Of a DNA stretch of 64,000 bases, positions 10,001 through 23,070 are shown piece after piece. The number at the start of each line of letters is the position of its first letter. Within the stretch, counting starts at the first letter, position 1. Where the stretch lies: the NCBI RefSeq assembly GCF_009914755.1, contig NC_060935.1; one strand, given 5' to 3'. The translations under genes were made by a program, and so were the position numbers. The notes below the pieces were generated by a model, which was not told where the DNA came from, ran no database searches, and saw nothing but the letters and a program-made list of their open reading frames with translations. The DNA is from the human T2T-CHM13v2.0 reference genome, Homo sapiens.

Positions 10001-13000
10001 TCTGCAAGTGGATATGTGGACCTCTGTGAAGATTTCGTTGGAAATGGGTTCATCTTCACAGAAAAACTAAACAGGAGCATTCTCAGAAACTGCTTTGTGA
10101 TGTTTGTGTTCCACTTCAGGAATTGAACTTTACTCTTGACAGAGCAGCTCTGAAACCCTCTTTTCTAGAATCTGCAAGTGGACATTTGGAGGGCTTTGAG
10201 GCCTGTGGTGGAAAAGGAAAATCTTCACATAAAAACTAGATGGAAGCATTCTCAGAAACTACTTTGTGATGATTGCATTCGACTCACAGAGTTGAACATT
10301 CCTATAGATAGAGCAGGTTGTAAACAATCTTTTTGTAGAATCTGCGATTGGAGATTTGGACTGCTTTGAGGCCTACTGTAGTAAAGGAAAGAACTTCATC
10401 TAAAAACCAAACGGAAGCATTCACAGACAATTCTTAGTGATCATTGGATTGAACTAACAGAGCTGAACATTCCTTTAGATGGAGCAGTTTCCAAACACAC
10501 TTTCTGTAGAATCTGCAAGTGGATATTTGGACCTCTCTGAGGATTTCGTTGGAAACGGGATAAACTTCCCAGAACTACACGGAAGCATTCTGAGAATCTT
10601 CTTTGTGATGTTTGCATTCAACTCACAGAGTTGAACATGGCTTTCATATTTCAGCTTTCAAACACTCTTTTTGTAGAATCTGCAAGTGGATATTTGGACC
10701 ACTTTGTGGCCTTCCTTCGAAACGGGTATATCTTCACATCAAACCTAGACAGAAGCATTCTCAGAATGTTTCCTGTGATGACTGCATTCAGCTCACAGAG
10801 GTGAACAATCCTGTTGATGGAGCAGTTTTGAAACTCTCTTTCTTTGGATTCTGCAAGTGGATATGTGGACCTCTGTGAAGATTTCGTTGGAAACGGGTTC
10901 ATCTTCACAGAAATACTAAACATCAGCATTCTCAGAAACTGCTTTGTGATGTTTGTGTTCCACTTAAAGAATTGAACTTTCCTCTTGACAGAGCAGCTCT
11001 GAAACCCTCTTTTTCTAGAATCTGCAAGTGGACATTTGGAGGGCTTTGAGGCCTGTGGTGGAAAAGGAAAATCTTCACATAAAAACTAGATGGAAGCATT
11101 CTCAGAAACTACTTTGTGATGATTGCATTCGACTCACAGAGTTGAACATTCCTATAGATAGAGCAGGTTGTAAACAATCTTTTTGTAGAATCTGCGATTG
11201 GAGATTTGGACTGCTTTGAGGCCTACTGTAGTAAAGGAAATAACTTCATCTAAAAACCAAACGGAAGCATTCACAGAAAATTCTTAGTGATCATTGGATT
11301 GAACTAACAGAGCTGAACATTCCTTTAGATGGCGCAGTTTCCAAACACACTTTCTGTAGAATCTGCAAGTGTATATTTGGACCTCTGTGAGGATTTCGTT
11401 GGAAACGGGATATACTTCCCAGAACTACACGGAAGCATTCTGAGAAACTTCTTTGTGATGTTTGCATTCAACTCACAGGGTTGAAACTTGCTTTCATAGT
11501 TCAGCTTTCAAACACTCTTTTTGTAGAATCTGCAAGTGGATATTTGGACCACTTTGTGGCCTTCCTTCGAAACGGGTATATCTTCACATCAAACCTAGAC
11601 AGAAGCATTCTCAGAATGTTTCCTGTGATGACTGCATTCAACTCACAGAGGTGAACAATCCTGTTGATGGAGCAGTTTTGAAACTCTCTTTCTTTGGATT
11701 CTGCAAGTGGATATGTGGACCTCTGTGAACATTTCGTTGGAAACGGGTTCATCTTCACAGAAAAACTAAACAGGAGCATTCTCAGAAACTGCTTTGTGAT
11801 GTTTGTGTTCCACTTCAGGAATTGAACTTTCCTCTTGACAGAGCAGCTCTGAAACCCTCTTTTTCTAGAATCTGCAAGTGGACATTTGGAGGGCTTTGAG
11901 GCCTGTGGTGGAAAAGGAAAATCTTCACATAAAAACTAGATGGAATCATTCTCAGAAACTACTTTGTGATGATTGCATTCGACTCACAGAGTTGAACATT
12001 CCTATAGATAGAGCAGGTTGTAAACAATCTTTTTGTAGAATCTGCGATTGGAGATTTGGACTGCTTTGAGGCCTACTGTAGTAAAGGAAAGAACTTCATC
12101 TAAAAACCAAACGGAAGCATTCACAGACAATTCTTAGTGATCATTGGATTGAACTAACAGAGCTGAACATTCCTTTAGATGGCGCAGGTTCCAAACCCAC
12201 TTTCTGTAGAATCTGCAAGTGGATATTTGGACCTCTCTGAGGATTTCGTTGGAAACGGGATAAACTTCCCAGAACTACACGGAAGCATTCTGAGAAACTT
12301 CTTTGTGATGTTTGCATTCAACTCACAGAGTTGGACCTTGCTTTCATAGTTCAGCTTTCAAACACTCTTTTTGTACAATCTGCAAGTGGATATTTGGACC
12401 ACTTTGTGGCCTTCCTTCGAAACGGGTATATCTTCACATCAAACCTAGACAGAAGCATTCCCAAAATGTTTCCTGTGATGACTGCATTCAACTCACAGAG
12501 GTGAACAATCCTGCTGATGGAGCAGTTTTGAAACTCTCTTTCTTTGGATTCTGCAAGTGGATATGTGGACCTCTGTGAAGATTTCGTTGGAAATGGGTTC
12601 ATCTTCACAGAAAAACTAAACAGGAGCATTCTCAGAAACTGCTTTGTGATGTTTGTGTTCCACTTCAGGAATTGAACTTTACTCTTGACAGAGCAGCTCT
12701 GAAACCCTCTTTTCTAGAATCTGCAAGTGGACATTTGGAGGGCTTTGAGGCCTGTGGTGGAAAAGGAAAATCTTCACATAAAAACTAGATGGAAGCATTC
12801 TCAGAAACTACTTTGTGATGATTGCATTCGACTCACAGAGTTGAACATTCCTATAGATAGAGCAGGTTGTAAACAATCTTTTTGTAGAATCTGCGATTGG
12901 AGATTTGGACTGCTTTGAGGCCTACTGTAGTAAAGGAAAGAACTTCATCTAAAAACCAAACGGAAGCATTCACAGACAATTCTTAGTGATCATTGGATTG

Positions 13001-16000
13001 AACTAACAGAGCTGAACATTCCTTTAGATGGAGCAGTTTCCAAACACACTTTCTGTAGAATCTGCAAGTGGATATTTGGACCTCTCTGAGGATTTCGTTG
13101 GAAACGGGATAAACTTCCCAGAACTACACGGAAGCATTCTGAGAATCTTCTTTGTGATGTTTGCATTCAACTCACAGAGTTGAACATGGCTTTCATATTT
13201 CAGCTTTCAAACACTCTTTTTGTAGAATCTGCAAGTGGATATTTGGACCACTTTGTGGCCTTCCTTCGAAACGGGTATATCTTCACATCAAACCTAGACA
13301 GAAGCATTCTCAGAATGTTTCCTGTGATGACTGCATTCAGCTCACAGAGGTGAACAATCCTGTTGATGGAGCAGTTTTGAAACTCTCTTTCTTTGGATTC
13401 TGCAAGTGGATATGTGGACCTCTGTGAAGATTTCGTTGGAAACGGGTTCATCTTCACAGAAATACTAAACATCAGCATTCTCAGAAACTGCTTTGTGATG
13501 TTTGTGTTCCACTTCAAGAATTGAACTTTCCTCTTGACAGAGCAGCTCTGAAACCCTCTTTTTCTAGAATCTGCAAGTGGACATTTGGAGGGCTTTGAGG
13601 CCTGTGGTGGAAAAGGAAAATCTTCACATAAAAACTAGATGGAAGCATTCTCAGAAACTACTTTGTGATGATTGCATTCGACTCACAGAGTTGAACATTC
13701 CTATAGATAGAGCAGGTTGTAAACAATCTTTTTGTAGAATCTGCGATTGGAGATTTGGACTGCTTTGAGGCCTACTGTAGTAAAGGAAATAACTTCATCT
13801 AAAAACCAAACGGAAGCATTCACAGAAAATTCTTAGTGATCATTGGATTGAACTAACAGAGCTGAACATTCCTTTAGATGGCGCAGTTTCCAAACACACT
13901 TTCTGTAGAATCTGCAAGTGTATATTTGGACCTCTGTGAGGATTTCGTTGGAAACGGGATATACTTCCCAGAACTACACGGAAGCATTCTGAGAAACTTC
14001 TTTGTGATGTTTGCATTCAACTCACAGGGTTGAAACTTGCTTTCATAGTTCAGCTTTCAAACACTCTTTTTGTAGAATCTGCAAGTGGATATTTGGACCA
14101 CTTTGTGGCCTTCCTTCGAAACGGGTATATCTTCACATCAAACCTAGACAGAAGCATTCTCAGAATGTTTCCTGTGATGACTGCATTCAACTCACAGAGG
14201 TGAACAATCCTGTTGATGGAGCAGTTTTGAAACTCTCTTTCTTTGGATTCTGCAAGTGGATATGTGGACCTCTGTGAACATTTCGTTGGAAACGGGTTCA
14301 TCTTCACAGAAAAACTAAACAGGAGCATTCTCAGAAACTGCTTTGTGATGTTTGTGTTCCACTTCAGGAATTGAACTTTCCTCTTGACAGAGCAGCTCTG
14401 AAACCCTCTTTTTCTAGAATCTGCAAGTGGACATTTGGAGGGCTTTGAGGCCTGTGGTGGAAAAGGAAAATCTTCACATAAAAACTAGATGGAATCATTC
14501 TCAGAAACTACTTTGTGATGATTGCATTCGACTCACAGAGTTGAACATTCCTATAGATAGAGCAGGTTGTAAACAATCTTTTTGTAGAATCTGCGATTGG
14601 AGATTTGGACTGCTTTGAGGCCTACTGTAGTAAAGGAAAGAACTTCATCTAAAAACCAAACGGAAGCATTCACAGACAATTCTTAGTGATCATTGGATTG
14701 AACTAACAGAGCTGAACATTCCTTTAGATGGCGCAGGTTCCAAACCCACTTTCTGTAGAATCTGCAAGTGGATATTTGGACCTCTCTGAGGATTTCGTTG
14801 GAAACGGGATAAACTTCCCAGAACTACACGGAAGCATTCTGAGAAACTTCTTTGTGATGTTTGCATTCAACTCACAGAGTTGGACCTTGCTTTCATAGTT
14901 CAGCTTTCAAACACTCTTTTTGTACAATCTGCAAGTGGATATTTGGACCACTTTGTGGCCTTCCTTCGAAACGGGTATATCTTCACATCAAACCTAGACA
15001 GAAGCATTCCCAAAATGTTTCCTGTGATGACTGCATTCAACTCACAGAGGTGAACAATCCTGCTGATGGAGCAGTTTTGAAACTCTCTTTCTTTGGATTC
15101 TGCAAGTGGATATGTGGACCTCTGTGAAGATTTCGTTGGAAATGGGTTCATCTTCACAGAAAAACTAAACAGGAGCATTCTCAGAAACTGCTTTGTGATG
15201 TTTGTGTTCCACTTCAGGAATTGAACTTTACTCTTGACAGAGCAGCTCTGAAACCCTCTTTTCTAGAATCTGCAAGTGGACATTTGGAGGGCTTTGAGGC
15301 CTGTGGTGGAAAAGGAAAATCTTCACATAAAAACTAGATGGAAGCATTCTCAGAAACTACTTTGTGATGATTGCATTCGACTCACAGAGTTGAACATTCC
15401 TATAGATAGAGCAGGTTGTAAACAATCTTTTTGTAGAATCTGCGATTGGAGATTTGGACTGCTTTGAGGCCTACTGTAGTAAAGGAAAGAACTTCATCTA
15501 AAAACCAAACGGAAGCATTCACAGACAATTCTTAGTGATCATTGGATTGAACTAACAGAGCTGAACATTCCTTTAGATGGAGCAGTTTCCAAACACACTT
15601 TCTGTAGAATCTGCAAGTGGATATTTGGACCTCTCTGAGGATTTCGTTGGAAACGGGATAAACTTCCCAGAACTACACGGAAGCATTCTGAGAATCTTCT
15701 TTGTGATGTTTGCATTCAACTCACAGAGTTGAACATGGCTTTCATATTTCAGCTTTCAAACACTCTTTTTGTAGAATCTGCAAGTGGATATTTGGACCAC
15801 TTTGTGGCCTTCCTTCGAAACGGGTATATCTTCACATCAAACCTAGACAGAAGCATTCTCAGAATGTTTCCTGTGATGACTGCATTCAGCTCACAGAGGT
15901 GAACAATCCTGTTGATGGAGCAGTTTTGAAACTCTCTTTCTTTGGATTCTGCAAGTGGATATGTGGACCTCTGTGAAGATTTCGTTGGAAACGGGTTCAT

Positions 16001-19000
16001 CTTCACAGAAATACTAAACATCAGCATTCTCAGAAACTGCTTTGTGATGTTTGTGTTCCACTTAAAGAATTGAACTTTCCTCTTGACAGAGCAGCTCTGA
16101 AACCCTCTTTTTCTAGAATCTGCAAGTGGACATTTGGAGGGCTTTGAGGCCTGTGGTGGAAAAGGAAAATCTTCACATAAAAACTAGATGGAAGCATTCT
16201 CAGAAACTACTTTGTGATGATTGCATTCGACTCACAGAGTTGAACATTCCTATAGATAGAGCAGGTTGTAAACAATCTTTTTGTAGAATCTGCGATTGGA
16301 GATTTGGACTGCTTTGAGGCCTACTGTAGTAAAGGAAATAACTTCATCTAAAAACCAAACGGAAGCATTCACAGAAAATTCTTAGTGATCATTGGATTGA
16401 ACTAACAGAGCTGAACATTCCTTTAGATGGCGCAGTTTCCAAACACACTTTCTGTAGAATCTGCAAGTGTATATTTGGACCTCTGTGAGGATTTCGTTGG
16501 AAACGGGATATACTTCCCAGAACTACACGGAAGCATTCTGAGAAACTTCTTTGTGATGTTTGCATTCAACTCACAGGGTTGAAACTTGCTTTCATAGTTC
16601 AGCTTTCAAACACTCTTTTTGTAGAATCTGCAAGTGGATATTTGGACCACTTTGTGGCCTTCCTTCGAAACGGGTATATCTTCACATCAAACCTAGACAG
16701 AAGCATTCTCAGAATGTTTCCTGTGATGACTGCATTCAACTCACAGAGGTGAACAATCCTGTTGATGGAGCAGTTTTGAAACTCTCTTTCTTTGGATTCT
16801 GCAAGTGGATATGTGGACCTCTGTGAACATTTCGTTGGAAACGGGTTCATCTTCACAGAAAAACTAAACAGGAGCATTCTCAGAAACTGCTTTGTGATGT
16901 TTGTGTTCCACTTCAGGAATTGAACTTTCCTCTTGACAGAGCAGCTCTGAAACCCTCTTTTTCTAGAATCTGCAAGTGGACATTTGGAGGGCTTTGAGGC
17001 CTGTGGTGGAAAAGGAAAATCTTCACATAAAAACTAGATGGAATCATTCTCAGAAACTACTTTGTGATGATTGCATTCGACTCACAGAGTTGAACATTCC
17101 TATAGATAGAGCAGGTTGTAAACAATCTTTTTGTAGAATCTGCGATTGGAGATTTGGACTGCTTTGAGGCCTACTGTAGTAAAGGAAAGAACTTCATCTA
17201 AAAACCAAACGGAAGCATTCACAGACAATTCTTAGTGATCATTGGATTGAACTAACAGAGCTGAACATTCCTTTAGATGGCGCAGGTTCCAAACCCACTT
17301 TCTGTAGAATCTGCAAGTGGATATTTGGACCTCTCTGAGGATTTCGTTGGAAACGGGATAAACTTCCCAGAACTACACGGAAGCATTCTGAGAAACTTCT
17401 TTGTGATGTTTGCATTCAACTCACAGAGTTGGACCTTGCTTTCATAGTTCAGCTTTCAAACACTCTTTTTGTACAATCTGCAAGTGGATATTTGGACCAC
17501 TTTGTGGCCTTCCTTCGAAACGGGTATATCTTCACATCAAACCTAGACAGAAGCATTCCCAAAATGTTTCCTGTGATGACTGCATTCAACTCACAGAGGT
17601 GAACAATCCTGCTGATGGAGCAGTTTTGAAACTCTCTTTCTTTGGATTCTGCAAGTGGATATGTGGACCTCTGTGAAGATTTCGTTGGAAATGGGTTCAT
17701 CTTCACAGAAAAACTAAACAGGAGCATTCTCAGAAACTGCTTTGTGATGTTTGTGTTCCACTTCAGGAATTGAACTTTACTCTTGACAGAGCAGCTCTGA
17801 AACCCTCTTTTCTAGAATCTGCAAGTGGACATTTGGAGGGCTTTGAGGCCTGTGGTGGAAAAGGAAAATCTTCACATAAAAACTAGATGGAAGCATTCTC
17901 AGAAACTACTTTGTGATGATTGCATTCGACTCACAGAGTTGAACATTCCTATAGATAGAGCAGGTTGTAAACAATCTTTTTGTAGAATCTGCGATTGGAG
18001 ATTTGGACTGCTTTGAGGCCTACTGTAGTAAAGGAAAGAACTTCATCTAAAAACCAAACGGAAGCATTCACAGACAATTCTTAGTGATCATTGGATTGAA
18101 CTAACAGAGCTGAACATTCCTTTAGATGGAGCAGTTTCCAAACACACTTTCTGTAGAATCTGCAAGTGGATATTTGGACCTCTCTGAGGATTTCGTTGGA
18201 AACGGGATAAACTTCCCAGAACTACACGGAAGCATTCTGAGAATCTTCTTTGTGATGTTTGCATTCAACTCACAGAGTTGAACATGGCTTTCATATTTCA
18301 GCTTTCAAACACTCTTTTTGTAGAATCTGCAAGTGGATATTTGGACCACTTTGTGGCCTTCCTTCGAAACGGGTATATCTTCACATCAAACCTAGACAGA
18401 AGCATTCTCAGAATGTTTCCTGTGATGACTGCATTCAGCTCACAGAGGTGAACAATCCTGTTGATGGAGCAGTTTTGAAACTCTCTTTCTTTGGATTCTG
18501 CAAGTGGATATGTGGACCTCTGTGAAGATTTCGTTGGAAACGGGTTCATCTTCACAGAAATACTAAACATCAGCATTCTCAGAAACTGCTTTGTGATGTT
18601 TGTGTTCCACTTCAAGAATTGAACTTTCCTCTTGACAGAGCAGCTCTGAAACCCTCTTTTTCTAGAATCTGCAAGTGGACATTTGGAGGGCTTTGAGGCC
18701 TGTGGTGGAAAAGGAAAATCTTCACATAAAAACTAGATGGAAGCATTCTCAGAAACTACTTTGTGATGATTGCATTCGACTCACAGAGTTGAACATTCCT
18801 ATAGATAGAGCAGGTTGTAAACAATCTTTTTGTAGAATCTGCGATTGGAGATTTGGACTGCTTTGAGGCCTACTGTAGTAAAGGAAATAACTTCATCTAA
18901 AAACCAAACGGAAGCATTCACAGAAAATTCTTAGTGATCATTGGATTGAACTAACAGAGCTGAACATTCCTTTAGATGGCGCAGTTTCCAAACACACTTT

Positions 19001-22000
19001 CTGTAGAATCTGCAAGTGTATATTTGGACCTCTGTGAGGATTTCGTTGGAAACGGGATATACTTCCCAGAACTACACGGAAGCATTCTGAGAAACTTCTT
19101 TGTGATGTTTGCATTCAACTCACAGGGTTGAAACTTGCTTTCATAGTTCAGCTTTCAAACACTCTTTTTGTAGAATCTGCAAGTGGATATTTGGACCACT
19201 TTGTGGCCTTCCTTCGAAACGGGTATATCTTCACATCAAACCTAGACAGAAGCATTCTCAGAATGTTTCCTGTGATGACTGCATTCAACTCACAGAGGTG
19301 AACAATCCTGTTGATGGAGCAGTTTTGAAACTCTCTTTCTTTGGATTCTGCAAGTGGATATGTGGACCTCTGTGAACATTTCGTTGGAAACGGGTTCATC
19401 TTCACAGAAAAACTAAACAGGAGCATTCTCAGAAACTGCTTTGTGATGTTTGTGTTCCACTTCAGGAATTGAACTTTCCTCTTGACAGAGCAGCTCTGAA
19501 ACCCTCTTTTTCTAGAATCTGCAAGTGGACATTTGGAGGGCTTTGAGGCCTGTGGTGGAAAAGGAAAATCTTCACATAAAAACTAGATGGAATCATTCTC
19601 AGAAACTACTTTGTGATGATTGCATTCGACTCACAGAGTTGAACATTCCTATAGATAGAGCAGGTTGTAAACAATCTTTTTGTAGAATCTGCGATTGGAG
19701 ATTTGGACTGCTTTGAGGCCTACTGTAGTAAAGGAAAGAACTTCATCTAAAAACCAAACGGAAGCATTCACAGACAATTCTTAGTGATCATTGGATTGAA
19801 CTAACAGAGCTGAACATTCCTTTAGATGGCGCAGGTTCCAAACCCACTTTCTGTAGAATCTGCAAGTGGATATTTGGACCTCTCTGAGGATTTCGTTGGA
19901 AACGGGATAAACTTCCCAGAACTACACGGAAGCATTCTGAGAAACTTCTTTGTGATGTTTGCATTCAACTCACAGAGTTGGACCTTGCTTTCATAGTTCA
20001 GCTTTCAAACACTCTTTTTGTACAATCTGCAAGTGGATATTTGGACCACTTTGTGGCCTTCCTTCGAAACGGGTATATCTTCACATCAAACCTAGACAGA
20101 AGCATTCCCAAAATGTTTCCTGTGATGACTGCATTCAACTCACAGAGGTGAACAATCCTGCTGATGGAGCAGTTTTGAAACTCTCTTTCTTTGGATTCTG
20201 CAAGTGGATATGTGGACCTCTGTGAAGATTTCGTTGGAAATGGGTTCATCTTCACAGAAAAACTAAACAGGAGCATTCTCAGAAACTGCTTTGTGATGTT
20301 TGTGTTCCACTTCAGGAATTGAACTTTACTCTTGACAGAGCAGCTCTGAAACCCTCTTTTCTAGAATCTGCAAGTGGACATTTGGAGGGCTTTGAGGCCT
20401 GTGGTGGAAAAGGAAAATCTTCACATAAAAACTAGATGGAAGCATTCTCAGAAACTACTTTGTGATGATTGCATTCGACTCACAGAGTTGAACATTCCTA
20501 TAGATAGAGCAGGTTGTAAACAATCTTTTTGTAGAATCTGCGATTGGAGATTTGGACTGCTTTGAGGCCTACTGTAGTAAAGGAAAGAACTTCATCTAAA
20601 AACCAAACGGAAGCATTCACAGACAATTCTTAGTGATCATTGGATTGAACTAACAGAGCTGAACATTCCTTTAGATGGAGCAGTTTCCAAACACACTTTC
20701 TGTAGAATCTGCAAGTGGATATTTGGACCTCTCTGAGGATTTCGTTGGAAACGGGATAAACTTCCCAGAACTACACGGAAGCATTCTGAGAATCTTCTTT
20801 GTGATGTTTGCATTCAACTCACAGAGTTGAACATGGCTTTCATATTTCAGCTTTCAAACACTCTTTTTGTAGAATCTGCAAGTGGATATTTGGACCACTT
20901 TGTGGCCTTCCTTCGAAACGGGTATATCTTCACATCAAACCTAGACAGAAGCATTCTCAGAATGTTTCCTGTGATGACTGCATTCAGCTCACAGAGGTGA
21001 ACAATCCTGTTGATGGAGCAGTTTTGAAACTCTCTTTCTTTGGATTCTGCAAGTGGATATGTGGACCTCTGTGAAGATTTCGTTGGAAACGGGTTCATCT
21101 TCACAGAAATACTAAACATCAGCATTCTCAGAAACTGCTTTGTGATGTTTGTGTTCCACTTCAAGAATTGAACTTTCCTCTTGACAGAGCAGCTCTGAAA
21201 CCCTCTTTTTCTAGAATCTGCAAGTGGACATTTGGAGGGCTTTGAGGCCTGTGGTGGAAAAGGAAAATCTTCACATAAAAACTAGATGGAAGCATTCTCA
21301 GAAACTACTTTGTGATGATTGCATTCGACTCACAGAGTTGAACATTCCTATAGATAGAGCAGGTTGTAAACAATCTTTTTGTAGAATCTGCGATTGGAGA
21401 TTTGGACTGCTTTGAGGCCTACTGTAGTAAAGGAAATAACTTCATCTAAAAACCAAACGGAAGCATTCACAGAAAATTCTTAGTGATCATTGGATTGAAC
21501 TAACAGAGCTGAACATTCCTTTAGATGGCGCAGTTTCCAAACACACTTTCTGTAGAATCTGCAAGTGTATATTTGGACCTCTGTGAGGATTTCGTTGGAA
21601 ACGGGATATACTTCCCAGAACTACACGGAAGCATTCTGAGAAACTTCTTTGTGATGTTTGCATTCAACTCACAGGGTTGAAACTTGCTTTCATAGTTCAG
21701 CTTTCAAACACTCTTTTTGTAGAATCTGCAAGTGGATATTTGGACCACTTTGTGGCCTTCCTTCGAAACGGGTATATCTTCACATCAAACCTAGACAGAA
21801 GCATTCTCAGAATGTTTCCTGTGATGACTGCATTCAACTCACAGAGGTGAACAATCCTGTTGATGGAGCAGTTTTGAAACTCTCTTTCTTTGGATTCTGC
21901 AAGTGGATATGTGGACCTCTGTGAACATTTCGTTGGAAACGGGTTCATCTTCACAGAAAAACTAAACAGGAGCATTCTCAGAAACTGCTTTGTGATGTTT

Positions 22001-22378
22001 GTGTTCCACTTCAGGAATTGAACTTTCCTCTTGACAGAGCAGCTCTGAAACCCTCTTTTTCTAGAATCTGCAAGTGGACATTTGGAGGGCTTTGAGGCCT
22101 GTGGTGGAAAAGGAAAATCTTCACATAAAAACTAGATGGAATCATTCTCAGAAACTACTTTGTGATGATTGCATTCGACTCACAGAGTTGAACATTCCTA
22201 TAGATAGAGCAGGTTGTAAACAATCTTTTTGTAGAATCTGCGATTGGAGATTTGGACTGCTTTGAGGCCTACTGTAGTAAAGGAAAGAACTTCATCTAAA
22301 AACCAAACGGAAGCATTCACAGACAATTCTTAGTGATCATTGGATTGAACTAACAGAGCTGAACATTCCTTTAGATGG
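7011..22378 (+). repeat. Tandem super-repeat: 6 copies of a 2549-bp unit (3 HORs, 15 monomers)
   Basis: Three variant-marked HORs (ORF tags VGPC / VEHG / VETC) cycle at 7214, 9763, 12312, 14861, 17410 and 19959. Each copy has the same 1-bp deletion next to the XbaI site. The edges are approximate. Confidence 0.93.
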
Positions 22379-23070
22379 AGCAGTTTCCAAACACACTTTC
22401 TGTAGAATCTGCAAGTGGATATTTGGACCTCTCTGAGGATTTCGTTGGAAACGGGATAAAATTCCCAGAACTACACGGAAGCATTCTGAGAATGTTCTTT
22501 GTGATGTTTGCATTCAACTCACAGAGTTGAACATGGCTTTCATATTTCAGCTTTCAAACACTCTTTTTGCAGAATCTGCAAGTGGATATTTGGACCACTT
22601 TGTGGCCTTCCTTCGAAACGGGTATATCTTCACATCAAACCTAGACAGAAGCATTCTCAGAATGTTTCCTGTGATGACTGCATTCAACTCACAGAGGTGA
22701 ACAATCCTGTTGATGGAGCAGTTTTGAAACTCTCTTTCTTTGGATTCTGCAAGTGGATATGTGGACCTCTGTGAAGATTTCGTTGGAAACGGGTTCATCT
22801 TCACAGAAAAACTAAACAGGAGCATTCTCAGAAACTGCTTTGTGATGTTTGTGTTCCACTTCAAGAATTGAACTTTCCTCTTGACAGAGCAGCTCTGAAA
22901 CCCTCTTTTTCTAGAATCTGCAAGTGGACATTTGGAGGGCTTTGAGGCCTGTGGTGGAAAAGGAAAATCTTCACATAAAAACTAGATGGAAGCATTCTCA
23001 GAAACTACTTTGTGATGATTGCATTCGACTCACAGAGTTGAACATTCCTATAGATAGAGCAGGTTGTAAA

